From the NCBI GenBank assembly GCA_964016885.1, contig OZ024742.1, positions 55,614,001 through 55,678,000 on the forward strand: a stretch of DNA of 64,000 nucleotides. Reading direction: 5' to 3'. The DNA comes from Eledone cirrhosa (lineage: Eukaryota). Positions 1 through 13,046 of this stretch are shown piece after piece (the stretch's first letter is position 1; each line of letters opens with the position of its first letter). A model generated the notes under the pieces. It saw only the letters and a program-made list of their open reading frames with translations, ran no database searches and was not told the origin of the DNA. Made by a program: the position numbers and the translations under genes.

Positions 1-399
1 AATGTACAGCGTCTAATAACACCATCAACCACCCATCGGTTTCCCACCGGGACGCCGTGCAGCACCTACTGAGTTGGGCTCACATTGCTATACTCATCCT
101 CTTGGCTGGGCTTGGTTAAAATAATCTTATGAACCTACTGCCTGAATCTGAATAACATCATAGATTAATTAAACGTATGAACATAGAATTTGGACCTGAA
201 TGGCATCATACCTCCAAAACCTTCAGCATCACACCCCAACGCACCCTCCCCCTGCATTGGATATACCAGTGTGCAATGTTTAATGACCCTATCAACCGTC
301 TATTGTCCCCCCCCCCCAAGAAAAAAAAACACTGCATGATTTAGACCCACCCTGCTAATGTTAAAAAAAAATGTTTCCGTAGCTGGGGTTGGTCAAAAT

Positions 400-822
400 T
401 AGCCGACTGCCATCCAGCATGCGTCGGGTAATTACCTCCCTTAGCGTGGTATGTCCCTTTCACCGGCGATATCGTGTTTACTATTTTTAACAGAATACAT
501 GAGGACGTCAAGTTGTGATAATCTCTAAACGGTAATTATAATTACAGCCCTAACTATTGGAATTTCTGCCTCCGATGAGCCCTTCTGCGCGAAGCACGTG
601 TAAGAGCTAAATAAAGAAATGTTTTAACGGTTTGTAACTATTTCATTCACTCAATCATTTGCTTATTCCAGCTCTGCTTAAACCTTACGCTAAAATATTA
701 ACCTTCTCTAATATTTAACCCTGTTAACCCAAGCATCGAGCACACTACTATTGGCATTTAGTATTCTGTATCGCACCTCTTTGTATCTCTCCACTTCATC
801 CACTCCTACGATACTTTAACCC
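400..822 (+). mobile_element. Probable PLE 3' end (pseudo-LTR) with degenerate hammerhead at ~568-608
   Basis: gcctc-CGATGA-gcccttctgcgc-GAAGC-ACGT-GTA-agagc followed by AATAAA; ends in (TA)n. Same layout as the clearer HHR-bearing ends elsewhere in the window; 5' limit arbitrary. Confidence 0.4.
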
Positions 823-1013
823 TATATATATATATATATATATTTATGCGCGCGTGTGTGTGAGTGTGTTTATATATATATATATATAAGTTGAAAAAAA
901 TGAAAACGAAATTTCATTTCTCACTCTTAGTATGGCACTTACTTAAATGGCACTTACTAAACTGATGCGTGCATATATGTATGTGTACCTGTATGCATAT
1001 GTGTATATATATG

Positions 1014-1071
<58 letters not shown>

Positions 1072-1305
1072 TGCTACTGTACGTCTGTATACATATATGT
1101 ATGTACGTATACATACATACTTACATTTAAGTAAGTGCCATACTAAGAGTGAGAAATGAAATTTCGTTTTCATTTTTTTCAACTTATCGTTTTCGGTATG
1201 CCTGACCGATTTAACTCACTCAATATGCAAATTAGGCTGCTCAGCCGTTAATTTTCATAAGGAAAGTATATACTTTCGAACGTTCAACTATCTGGCAGAT
1301 GGGTA

Positions 1306-1350
1306 AACGGTGCTGATGATAGCTAACAAGCTTGAAACTAGTACATCGTT
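1306..1350 (+). ncRNA. Minimal type-I hammerhead ribozyme
   Basis: aacggtg-CTGATGA-tagct aaca agctt-GAAAC TA GTA-catcgtt. Stem I aacggtg/catcgtt, stem II agct/agct, palindromic stem III ACTAGT, GUA cleavage triplet. Confidence 0.9.
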
Positions 1351-1512
1351 CCTGTGTCAGTGTTGAACAAAAAGGTGACGTGGTTGCCTTAACACCGTAT
1401 GGCATAAATTCAGGCTGTTCGCTTTGTTGACAAACAAACGAACAAAGCGGCCGGCGTTATAATAAACGTCGGCTAAACTGATGCGTGCATATATGTATGT
1501 GTACCTGTATGC

Positions 1513-1559
<47 letters not shown>

Positions 1560-1797
1560 TGCTACTGTACGTCTGTATACATATATGTATGTACGTATAC
1601 ATACATACTTACATTTAAGTAAGTGCCATACTAAGAGTGAGAAATGAAATTTCGTTTTCATTTTTTTCAAATTATCGTTTTCGGTATGCCTGACCGATTT
1701 AACTCACTCAATATGCAAATTAGGCTGCTCAGCCGTTAATTTTCATAAGGAAGGAAAGTATATACTTTCGAACGTTCAACTATCTGGCAGATGGGTA

Positions 1798-1842
1798 AAC
1801 GGTGCTGATGATAGCTAACAAGCTTGAAACTAGTACATCGTT
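1798..1842 (+). ncRNA. Minimal type-I hammerhead ribozyme (second tandem copy)
   Basis: Identical to 1306-1350. Confidence 0.9.
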
Positions 1843-2004
1843 CCTGTGTCAGTGTTGAACAAAAAGGTGACGTGGTTGCCTTAACACCGTATGGCATAAA
1901 TTCAGGCTGTTCGCTTTGTTGACAAACAAACGAACAAAGCGGCCGGCGTTATAATAAACGTCGGCTAAACTGATGCGTGCATATATGTATGTGTACCTGT
2001 ATGC

Positions 2005-2076
<72 letters not shown>

Positions 2077-2129
2077 GCGTGCTACTGTACGTCTGTATAC
2101 ATATATGTATGTACGTATACATACATACT

Positions 2130-2195
<66 letters not shown>

Positions 2196-2229
2196 TATTC
2201 ATATATATACCCAAACACACATACTCGGA

Positions 2230-3030
2230 CTTACGTGTAGAAACATCAGAGCAGCAAGAAACTGACCAACGATGCCATACACCTGCACAATCTCCCACAT
2301 CAGATCCTGATAAACGCAGTCATATACCTTTTCGAGGTCCACACAAGGCTATAACTCTTGGTAATACTCCCACGAATTCTCGCAGACCTGCCGCTGTGTG
2401 AATATTTGGTCGACTGTGTTGAGTCCGGGGAAAAAAACGCACCGTTCATCAGCTCGACAATCTCCCTTCATCTCTTTACCAGACACTTAGCATAGACTTT
2501 ACCGAGGAGGCTTAAGATGGAGATCCCTTTGGAACAATCTCTCTTGTATCTCTTTTTGAAAATTGCGATTATCACACCCGATTGCCATTATTTAGGTGCC
2601 TTTCCAAATATCCAGGCCGCACGGCACACTTGTGTCAGCCAGAGAATACCTTCTATATTTAAAAAGCTTTTAACATCTCGTGCCGGATTTCATATTTCCC
2701 AGCGGCCTTGCTTCATCTCGTACCGGATTCCATTTGAGGTCTTTAATTGCTATTGTGACCTAAGCCTGTAAATATTAGTCAATGCCCCAGATACACCTCG
2801 TAAATATCATAAAATACTATTTTGGTTTGGATTAGGATATCAGCAACGTATCATCTCAACCTCGTGAGGATGCACTTCTCTGATGAGAGAAGAGCACCAT
2901 ACGTGTTCTTGAAAGCAGGTGTGATGGAGGGCTTCTTATTACGAAGTCGGCGGAAGTTCTTCCAGAACATTTTATTTGCTGATCTGAAGTCGGATACCTT
3001 CATAAACTTTGTCAAATGGTTTTCTTAAAA
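2230..3030 (-). mobile_element. Decayed RTE-type LINE fragment (EN-RT linker and start of RT)
   Basis: Minus-strand translation gives SDFRSANKMFWKNFRRLR and WQSGVIIAIFKK; similar to 63850-64000. Confidence 0.7.
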
Positions 3031-4042
3031 AATGTTAATACAAACAAGAAATGTGAAAACCAAATTAATTGAGGCATTAAAGTTAGAGACGGGCTTTGTA
3101 AAAAACATATTTGCTATTTTTCACCTAAAATATATCTTTTGTATTAACTTCTAGAAATAAAATTACGTAGAAAGATTTAAATTTGCAGAGTAAACAATCT
3201 GATTTAAGACAGAATGAACGAAGAGTTTATTAAGAGAATAAATGATCATTGTGAAAAAGAATAAATACACTTTAAGAATATTCTACTAACGCTTAGAAAT
3301 AAGGACAATCAGATTAGTGTAACCGTATTTAACAAGCATTTACAGCAAATGCTACATATTGAATCTATAAAAATGCTTGACGCTCTGAAGAATCCAGTAC
3401 CAACATTAACATTTAGAAGTCTTCTTTCATACATTATGTGGAGACCGGAATAAAATAAAATTATCTCTATTTACTCATAATGTCGTACGTTACCTCATCG
3501 CAAATACAACAATTTGGAATTAAGAAATAATATAGATTTACTTTAAATCACAGAACAACAACCAAATTCAATATTTTTGTTTCTTCAGAATATATCTTAC
3601 TGTAAACGCATACTTTAATAAATTTATATAGATTATGCATAACAAAGATAAATTGATTTAGGTTGATGAATCTTATAAAGAATTCAAACAATAATTTAAA
3701 TATGTATAAGCAAACAATTGAGACGAAACTGCTTATACATAATAGACTAAATTGATCATATATGTCCCGTTGCCGGTATATCATACTCCATAGATGTCAT
3801 AGTGTAAGTATCACACGTTGTATTTTAATTTTATTATGAGGATGGTGGTTTATCAAAATCTTTAGAGGATTGGACAAAAGCTTTGTGTATTCGTTGTGGC
3901 TGTACTTAATCTGATTGTGTTCAACGTGCCTTTATCTTCCGATAGCCACTGACATAAATCACTTGTCAATTACTACGACCGATGTAATCGATTCTCCACC
4001 ACCTCAAATTCTTCTTAAATTAGAGACCATTATTAAAATATA

Positions 4043-4100
4043 GTACCAGTAATGCACTGGGTAATTGCTGGCCTTGTGCCTAAAGTAGAAACAATTATTA
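4043..4100 (+). mobile_element. 3' fragment of tRNA-derived SINE
   Basis: agtaccagtaatgcactgggtaattgctggccttgtgcctaaagtagaaacaatt matches the 3' end of the SINE at 44977-45165. Confidence 0.8.
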
Positions 4101-5379
4101 AAATAATATAAGCCAAAGAATTTCGAACATACGAATGCTATTTTTTAATTGAGTGTTTTACTGGCGTGAAGAAGAATACATTTTCCCATTTAAATTAGAA
4201 GATTTTATGTGCACAATCGTCCTGCGAGGAATAGCAGTCTTATTAACATCAAACTGCATCTTTAGATATTGAAATTACATTTCAAATGAAACTCAGATTT
4301 TATGATCGTGGTTAAAACGCTTTAATTACAGATCTACTTGAAGTAACTTACCTGGATATAAACTAAGAAAAATACAAACATATTTAACCATCCATTTGTT
4401 ACTTAGATTGCAGGCTTGTGCTTATATGTTTATTAAATATCAGGTAATATACCATTATCTGACATTTGAAAGAACAACATTAAATTTCCCGAATGCTTCT
4501 TGAAGGTTTACGAGACACTCATCCACATACCTACAAATTGTGAACATATATATATATATAAGCATTTGCGCATCCACACAGAAATATATATATATATATA
4601 TTTCTGTGTGGTTGCGCAAATGCTTATATATACCTTCCCAATAGGATGCAAAACCGTTTCGAAAATAGAGAGTAAATGACATTTATAAAACAATTTAGTT
4701 TGTCTGTAAATGAATGAATAGAAATATGAATGAATAGTGTATTCATGCAAGTTTCATACTGTCATGTCAGCTGCAGATTTGGAATTTCAGAAAATGCCAC
4801 CCGCATTTAGAGATGTAAAACGCATCCATTCAGTTTTACAAGCAATCTTTCAGCGGACATTTAATACACGAAAGACTAATCTGTGTATGAATACATCACA
4901 ACCCACTAAACAATGTCCTCTATTCGTCTTTATTAGTAATTTACTCTTTAAATCTAACATATTCACCAGTTTTCCCATTTTTATCAGAAAATACGAAATG
5001 AGTCTATACTAGGAAATGTTCGTGATTTATGAAAATAATTTCTAAAAAAAAATAGTGATTAACATTTTCGATTGTGGACTTTGTGTGTGATAAAAGGCCT
5101 CAGGCTTAACTAACCATGATAGTATTGTTTTCTGTAAGAATTTGGCCTCAGTTTTTATGTCATTATATGTAGTAGGGTCTACGTTTTCGTATTTGGTAGG
5201 TAAGCCTTTCTGTAGAAAATTGCATTCTGACTCACAGCTCACCGATATCATCTATTCACTTCCAAGTGGAGTCTTCTCTCCAAACTCATTAATATTTTCC
5301 TTGTTAATTTTCACCGAGGAAATATTATTTTTCCATTTACTATCTTCTTCTTCTTCTTCTTCTTCTTCTTCTCCTCCTT

Positions 5380-6870
5380 CTTGGCACCAATGGAGGTTGA
5401 TAGATGCTTCTGTCTAGATATAGTCGGGCTTGCCTCAACAAAGTTCTGTTTCGCTGGTACTGCAGATTTGAATGGAGGATAGAAACTCCATCATTCCGGT
5501 GTGGCGCCAAAAAAGACTGCATAAATGGACTGGGAAAATAACAAGCACCGCGCTGGCAGAATATTTTATGTACTGGATCACATTGCAAGGGAGATTTTAC
5601 CTCTTGACGATGATTCAGAAAGAAATTTCTCTGCGATTGGTGCAATTTTATGCGCCAAAGAGAGATTTCGTTACACATCCTGCCTTGATGAAGTCACTGA
5701 GCATTAGATGTATTTAGGAATGAGTTATATATCCCGATAGGTAACTTCAATGCACATGATAGCATTGACGACCTGACAGCGAAAGGAGTGATTGGAAGGA
5801 AAGGCGACCCCGTCTAAGTCCGAGTGCGTAGGCCTTACTATACATCTATTCTAGTAATTGTCTCTCTATTATGAACACCATATTCTCAACGCATCATTAG
5901 ATACACATGGTATATGGAGAATCTGGAACAGACATCAATAATTGGTTTCTTACTGCCTCTGATCTCTTCGATTCTATGCTGGATATTCGTGTTAAGAGAG
6001 GAGCTGAGCTTTCAAATTATCATATCAAGTTTTCTACAATCTGAGATTACTCAAGGGAGCCCACAAAACTGGCAGATCCAGCTAGACCCACGGGATAAAT
6101 TGTGTGGCACTGGCAGATAAGGAACACGTTTGCAGATACTATTGAATTAAAATTCAGAGAAGTCGTGAGCAGACTGAATACATTGAAATGGAGTGGAAAA
6201 GTGGCCTCTGGAAACATTTCTGCTTCAGTTGTTAAATGCTGCCAGCAAAAACGGCTTTGTGCGGCAGGATACCTTGGTGCAATCAAGAGGTCAAAGTTGC
6301 TATCTGAGACAATATTGGTTTGGGACAAAATTGGTTTGGAAATTAGTGCCCCTTCTTGCTCTTGAAGAAAAGTACGCACGAAAATTTGCGGGAGAGAGAG
6401 GGATAGTAAAGTCGTACACAGTTAAGACATGGGAGGGTTTGGGGTTCAAGCTTTAATCCTAGCAGTTCAGCAAAGAAATATTGACTGGCAAACCTCTACG
6501 AACTTTTTAAACTCCACTCCAGTTATCAAGAACACGCCGGGTGAACTCCTCTCTTCAGAGAAGTGAATCCTCGCGAGGTTAAAAGAATATTTTGCTGATC
6601 AGCTAAACTTGGCACAACAATATTTTCTAATGTTATTCAGGTTAGTCATCTTGGAGCGACGACTACATTCCCGGGAGCTGAGTTCACAAGAGCAATTAAT
6701 GAGCTGAAATATAACATCCACGCTGGTGAGGATGAAATTCGGCCAGGAATTTTAAAGCTTAAAATAGAGAGAGGATTATTTAGCTGACAAATTTGTGCTG
6801 ATTTGACTGGCTTTCTGGAAAGGCACTTAAGCTATAGTAATCGGGAATAATAATCCCAATATTAAAAAAT
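5380..6870 (+). mobile_element. Decayed RTE-type LINE (AP endonuclease to start of RT)
   Basis: Remnants VQFYAP, GNFNAH, LSIMNT, AGEDEIRP, GIIIPILK with many stops and frameshifts. Confidence 0.7.
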
Positions 6871-6894
6871 GCAAATATATATATATCATCATTA

Positions 6895-6895
6895 C

Positions 6896-6945
<50 letters not shown>

Positions 6946-6947
6946 CC
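6895..6947. repeat. (CAT)n microsatellite, likely (GAT)n tail of the adjacent minus-strand element
   Basis: Direct reading. Confidence 0.85.
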
Positions 6948-9330
6948 ATTTATCTTTCATTTTCCACGCATGCATGGGTTACATGTTATGGAGGTCATGT
7001 TGAGAGATCGTGTTTTCCTCATACAGATCTGTATTTAGGCTATATTTCTACGGCTGCATGCCCTTCCTAACACCAACCACGTTACAGTCTGTACTGAGTC
7101 CTTTGTGTCGTGACACCAGCACCATCGCCTTACAGGACTGACCGGATGATTTTGTTGTTGTGGCATCGGCTCAGCATAAAAGGTAGGCTTTGTGTTTTTG
7201 TCATACATACGGCATTGTGGGAGGTCAGATGTCGAGCGTGTCTAGCTTTCATGGACTGGGAAGTTGAGGTGTATCAGGGTGGGAGGGAGACAGGTAAATG
7301 TGGTCGTCATCGATTAGTTGCGTTGCTTGTTTAGGTGTGATCGGGGAATTAAAGTACGGCCGGTGCAGAGCATTGCCGCAGGCTAGAGAATACCGTATAT
7401 GTTTGTTCCTTTTGCTTTGTGCACACGGATGGGGACGTTCTAACTCTAAATTCTATACATTCAGAACACCCACTTCCACTGCTTATTTGATCCTCCAGGT
7501 AAAAGAATTTGTCGACTGTTTTACGGAGTCTTTTGGGCATTTAAATGGGCTTGTTTCCTGTGAGGTATTGCTCCTTAACGCTCCTATGCATAGACCATAT
7601 ACAAAGTCTACATCTTTTTTTTTGCCTGTCTGAGATCCCACTTCATCTTTTGTGTACCCATAGTATGCATTTGAGACATAGGAGCGAATTTGTGCCTACT
7701 GCCTTCCTGGAAACAAAGCAAGCCAATTTCCCTGGGAAGATCTGGTCTCCGTACTAGAACCGTAGTTCTTGCCAAGTTGACGTTATTCCATGCTTCCAGA
7801 TTTGGAATTTCTTCACTAATTCTGCCATAGATTTGGCTATAATGGTTAAATCATCCGCATACAGAAGTTCTCATGCACAGCCAGTCTTTAACTCTTATAG
7901 CCTGCAGGAAACTCTGATGGACACATATCTGCACGCTAAATTCCTCACTATAGTTATTATTAATCCTACCTCTGCTGAATTCTCCTCTATATATGGCTAG
8001 CACAGCATTCATCTGCTCCTTGTTGGATTAGAATCCACCAGAATATGGCCCAGGGGACTTTGTCAAAAGCTTTCTCCAGATTGACATCTCCTGTAGTTAC
8101 CTCACAAGGAACAGGGCATCAGTGGTACTTTTTCCTGGCACAATTCCAAATTGTATCACATCTAGGTTAACCTGGTCCCTAATCAGCTTCGATATATCTC
8201 TTTCTGTGACATTCATAAGCTGGTTCATCAAATTGTAATCTGTATAGTTTTCTGTATTTAGCGCGTCTGCTTTGCACTTGGAAAAGTTGAAAATGATTTT
8301 GCTACGCCAGTCATTTTGTATGACAACAATTAGTAGCACTTGGTTTACAGCACGAGTGGTTAAAGTGTTAACCACCATCCCTGTTGCTTTCAGTATCTCG
8401 GCAACTATCACTCATCTACCCGCTGCTTCCATGGCTTCATATACTTAATTGCCTTAATACGCTGCTGACTTTTATGGCTGAACCGCCTGTTGGGTCCACT
8501 AGGGCTAGACTACCTTTTTCTCATGCATTCTCCGCATTTAGTAACCTTTCATAATGGTAAATACATACGACTTTCTTTTCAGCGTCGATGAGGGAAGTGC
8601 CCCATTATCATCTCGGTCACACTTCTCTCTAACGACATCACAATTATCCCTGACACCCTGCTTCGCAACATTGAACAATTCACGCTAATGTTCTTCACGC
8701 CACAAAACATGCTTAACATTTTTACTTTCGACTTCACTCCTACTGAAGTATCCATGTCGCCAAGTTTCTTTCCTAGCATCTAGGTAGTACACCCTCTTTC
8801 TCCTATTCTTCCATTCGTCAATGCCTTTCTCATGACTTAATTGTTTCATCCACCCTACTATTCCACCACCAAGTTATTCTGCTGTTCTCTAGTTTTCTGC
8901 CCCAGATACTGATCTAGGTGTCACCTTTAGCAAATTATTTTTCAGGAACTGTCAATGACCCGCTATACTTGTTCTTCCTATCTGTCGTAGGCATCAAGCA
9001 AAGTACCTTTAAATATGTTACTGGCTGCGGGCTCTTTCAATTTCCATATCCTTCTTCTCCTGATTGCTCCTTTTCACCAGTTCGTCTAGCTCTATCAATC
9101 AAGTCGATAAATACTAGGTTATGTTAGGAGTTATGAAGCTAGCGTTCCTTCATCCCACTTCCATTGGCTGATCAGCAAATTTTCTGTTGTTAACCTTTAC
9201 TCTGTTCCTGCAATATCCACTGGATACCACATATATGACGGATGACTTTCACAATGTTGAGTGCTTTGATTGATTTGATACATCATAGTTTACTAAGCAG
9301 AGCCACCAGTTCTACCCATTGGTAAACATA
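6948..9330 (-). mobile_element. Decayed RTE (BovB/RTE-1-like) LINE
   Basis: Minus strand reads QFGIVPGKSTTDALFLVR, NLEKAFDKVP, ELLYADDL; 3' end runs into (GAT)n. Confidence 0.75.
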
Positions 9331-9407
9331 CTAACTTAAAAGGTGTATAAATACACACACACACACACAAACAGGCACACGCACACACACACACTCACAC
9401 ACACACA

Positions 9408-9442
<35 letters not shown>

Positions 9443-9445
<3 letters not shown>

Positions 9446-9640
9446 AAAAGCGTCTGGACCCCGACGGCCCAGCTCCGGCTTTTACGACAGCTAGATCCGT
9501 ACGGATCTGGCTGTCGAAACGGCCGGTGCTCAGCCGTTGGGATCCTGATTCTTTTCCAATTATCAACTCTACTAACCTAAGTATCGACTACTCTGGTGCG
9601 TTATGGTCCATCTAGTTCCTGACTACATTTTCTTGGTTGT
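9443..9640 (+). mobile_element. Hairpin (~115 nt) plus tail element; PLE pLTR fold-back carrying an HHR 3' half
   Basis: Imperfect palindrome centred on gatccgtacggatc with GAAACGGC...GCCGT(T/C). Related copies at 12626, 14459, 17941 and 41580. Confidence 0.75.
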
Positions 9641-9670
9641 TTTATTGTTTTATATATATATATATATATA

Positions 9671-9797
9671 CGTTATTCCGGGTTGAATCGGAGGTAACCA
9701 CAGTAAGTAAGGTACTCAATACATTGCAGAGTATAAAAGTTTTAATATAGATGAGATTCTACAGGACTAGAAACAGTTCTAGTCCTGTAGAATCTCA

Positions 9798-9806
<9 letters not shown>
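9671..9806 (-). mobile_element. pLTR tail with fold-back at HHR stem III (same family as 10381-10940)
   Basis: tagatgagattctacaggactagaa-acag-ttctagtcctgtagaatctcatcta palindrome; 9672-9770 matches 10382-10482. Confidence 0.8.
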
Positions 9807-9850
<44 letters not shown>

Positions 9851-9853
<3 letters not shown>

Positions 9854-10310
9854 TCACAACTTCATCCTCAGAGCTGTTAATATAAAATCCTGTGGATTTA
9901 ACATTAATATCTATGAAAATCAGAATCATGAATTACATATAAAAAAGAGATGACGAGGGCATAAATACTACTAAGATAGATGAAATAACTGGTAAAGGAG
10001 AGAAACCATAGAAGAAAATAGGGGAAAATGTGATACTTTGATATCCAATTGCAACCGGCTTTCTTGAAATCAGCAAGAGATATATTTCCTGAAATAAAAT
10101 TTTGATGACAATGTATTGTAAACGCTTCCATTCTGATTAATACGATGTGTCTCTTTACTAACATTTTCTAATATAAAACATTAGATTTCTGTAACTTGAG
10201 ATATATTAACATTAAACTTATTCTACCAGGGAATCAGTAGACACACTGATATTAAATTGATACTAAGATATCTATGACAGAACTAAACAAATTCAATTTT
10301 TTTATTTTAT
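9851..10310 (-). mobile_element. Probable PLE 3' region ending in a truncated HHR-like core (9851-9876)
   Basis: Minus strand cagct-CTGAGGA-tgaagttgt-GAAAC then (TA)n; 10075-10300 is an inverted match to ~21385-21610. Confidence 0.5.
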
Positions 10311-10340
10311 ACACACACACATATATTTATGAGTATGGAA

Positions 10341-10378
<38 letters not shown>

Positions 10379-10380
10379 TA

Positions 10381-10940
10381 AGTTATTCCGGGTCGAATCG
10401 GAGGTAACCACAGTAAGTAAGATACTCAATACATAGCAGAGGTTAAAAGTTTTAATATAGATGAGATTCTACAGGACTAGAACAGTTTCATTCTTTAGAA
10501 ATCATCAGGAATCTGGCTGTCCAAAATAAATGTTGTGGTATTTATATCTTTTCAGGTGGTAGGTGAGAGTGGGGAGTGGGATTGTTGGAGGTCATTGGTT
10601 GAAAGAAAAGGGAATTCATTAAAAGCTAATTCTTTAAGGCTATAATTAATATTTAGAGTGACAAAGGCAGAAATAATTCTATAAACAAGTTCAAATTGGG
10701 TGCCATTCCTTATTTTTAACTTTCTCTTAAACTAACAATGCCTATATTTCAGGTGTCTATAAAATGGTTGGGGTCGGTCATGGTTGATGGATTTATAGAA
10801 AAAGGAAATTCTTTAAAAGCTAATTCTTTAAAGCTCTACTTAGAGTGACAAAGGCCAAGAGAATTCTATAAACCAGTTCAAAATATTGGGTGCCTATCAT
10901 TATTGTCATGTTTCTCTTAAGCTATATTACAGGTGGCAAC
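10381..10940 (-). mobile_element. PLE pLTR/3' UTR with internal ~120 bp duplication
   Basis: Begins at (TA)n, carries the HHR at 10465-10513; ~10605-10730 resembles ~10800-10925. Confidence 0.65.
10465..10513 (-). ncRNA. Type-I hammerhead-like motif
   Basis: gattc-CTGATGA-tttctaaagaat-GAAAC tgttctagtcct GTA-gaatc; stem I gattc/gaatc, weak stem III. Confidence 0.7.
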
Positions 10941-11021
10941 AGGCACATTCACATACACACACACACACATATAGAGATATACACATATATATACACATAT
11001 ACAAAATACATAAATACACAC

Positions 11022-11072
<51 letters not shown>

Positions 11073-11301
11073 TTAGAAACACACAGATACATGCGGACAC
11101 ACACATACATGAATGCATCCTCACCCAACCGTGAGTTAAGGGTGCCAACTTCACCGATGTTGCTCAATGAATGACTGGGACAGACCAATCCGGTTGAACT
11201 AGATTGAACCAGTATCAGAGTTAAAAATACATTATGAAGAGAGAAGAAACATTTAGATATAATTAGTAATAAAATGTATCATACCTAGACTGCTCCTAGA
11301 T

Positions 11302-11391
11302 TCCTCGACTACGTAGTTTCGTGGCATAAACAAAAACAATACATCATAAAGATATTGAGTCCTTGCGAGGTCTGCCGACTTATCAAGAGGA
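11302..11391 (-). ncRNA. Type-I hammerhead, UUGAUAA core variant
   Basis: Reverse complement of 11937-12026. Confidence 0.8.
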
Positions 11392-11936
11392 TACCTCATT
11401 TTACTAGTCTCAAGAACGCGTCTACACGACGTGAGAAAGAATCCCAAAAGGCGGAGGGGGAGACAGTCACGCGATATAACGGTCGAGAAACAGAGCTAAG
11501 CCTATTATAACCCCGAAGAAAATACTGGTTCAGTCTAGTTCAACCGGATTGGTCTGTCCCAGTCATTCATTGAGCAACATCGGTGAAGTTGGCACCCTTA
11601 ACTCGCGGTTGGGTGCCGATGCATTCATGTATGTGTGTGTCCGCATGTATCTGTGTGTTTCTAAATATATTGTTAATACCTCCCTCTGGTTGAGCAATCT
11701 TTGAAGTGTGGGGACTGCTGGAAAGCTTCCATTACTCATACTTCTCGCCACCTTCACCACCTCTTCTACGGCTTCGATATAAATACCCCCTCCGCCTACG
11801 TGGTATTTTCTTCGGGGTTATAAGAGGCTTAGCTCTGTTTCTCGACCGTTATATCGCGTGACTGTCTCCCCCTCCGCCTTTTGGGATTCTTTCTCACGTC
11901 GTGTAGACGCGTTCTTGAGACTAGTAAAATGAGGTA

Positions 11937-12026
11937 TCCTCTTGATAAGTCGGCAGGCCTCGCAAGGACTCTATATCTTTATGATGTATTGTTTTTGTTT
12001 ATGCCACGAAACTACGTAGTCGAGGA
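11937..12026 (+). ncRNA. Type-I hammerhead, UUGAUAA core variant with long stem II
   Basis: tcctc-TTGATAA-gtcggca...tgccac-GAAAC TACGTA GTC-gagga. Confidence 0.8.
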
Positions 12027-12162
12027 ATCTAGGAGCAGTCTTGGTATGATACATTTTATTACTAATTATATCTAAATGTTTCTTCTCTCTTCATAATGTA
12101 TTTATATATATATATATACATATATATATATACATATATACACACATATACACATACACATA

Positions 12163-12322
<160 letters not shown>

Positions 12323-12491
12323 CATACATATACATATACATATATATATATATATAAATATAAATTAGCGAGAATCGTATTTCGGCTTTGGAATTAGCGA
12401 AAAACAACTTCCGAGATGTGTGGCAAGCGCTCAATAAATCTGACGAACCAGAGCTACAACATGGGTGTATATATGTGTGTATATATGTATA

Positions 12492-12573
<82 letters not shown>

Positions 12574-12595
12574 TACACATATATATACATACAAG

Positions 12596-12625
<30 letters not shown>

Positions 12626-12628
<3 letters not shown>

Positions 12629-12824
12629 CGAAGGAAATGTGGTAAGGAACCAGGTGGACCATAACGCACCAAAGTACTCAATACTTAGGGTAGTAGAGTG
12701 GGTAATAGGAACGAGTAGGATCCCGACGGCTGAGCTCAAGCCGTTTCGACGGATAATTCTGGACGAGAGTTCAGAGTTAGGTGTCGAAACGGCTTGAGCT
12801 CAGCCGTCGGAGTCTTACTCGTTC

Positions 12825-12826
<2 letters not shown>
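12626..12826 (-). mobile_element. Hairpin plus tail element (HHR 3' half fold-back)
   Basis: Inverted arms aggaacgagt...gtttcgac / gtcgaaac...actcgttcct with ~80 nt tail on the left; (TA)n on both sides. Confidence 0.8.
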
Positions 12827-12863
<37 letters not shown>

Positions 12864-13000
12864 TACACATATACATACATACACACACACATATATATAC
12901 ATATACACATATACAAATATACATACACTTACATACACACATACATACATGTATACATATATACATACATACACACACATATATATATATTCTCACAAAT

Positions 13001-13042
<42 letters not shown>

Positions 13043-13046
<4 letters not shown>

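Larger units (their letters stand above)
888..2133 (+). repeat. Tandem ~500 bp HHR-containing repeat (units 957-1472, 1473-1964, partial 1965-2133) preceded by a short inverted fragment (888-948); pLTR tandem or retrozyme-like
   Basis: CTAAACTGATGCGTGC recurs at 957, 1473 and 1965. Units are near-identical apart from internal (TA)n length and a 4-nt indel. 888-948 is the reverse complement of ~1124-1185. Confidence 0.9.
11066..12100. mobile_element. Inverted pair of PLE pLTRs with an extra inverted tail copy
   Basis: 11229-11525 is the reverse complement of ~11803-12100; 11066-11213 is the reverse complement of 11524-11672; microsatellite flanks. Confidence 0.85.

Noticed and set aside
2875-2940. 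CTGATGA...aagagcac/gtgttctt...GAAA resembling an HHR
   Set aside because: No stem I partner, lies inside an RTE LINE remnant, and the homologous region near 63860-63930 lacks the core.
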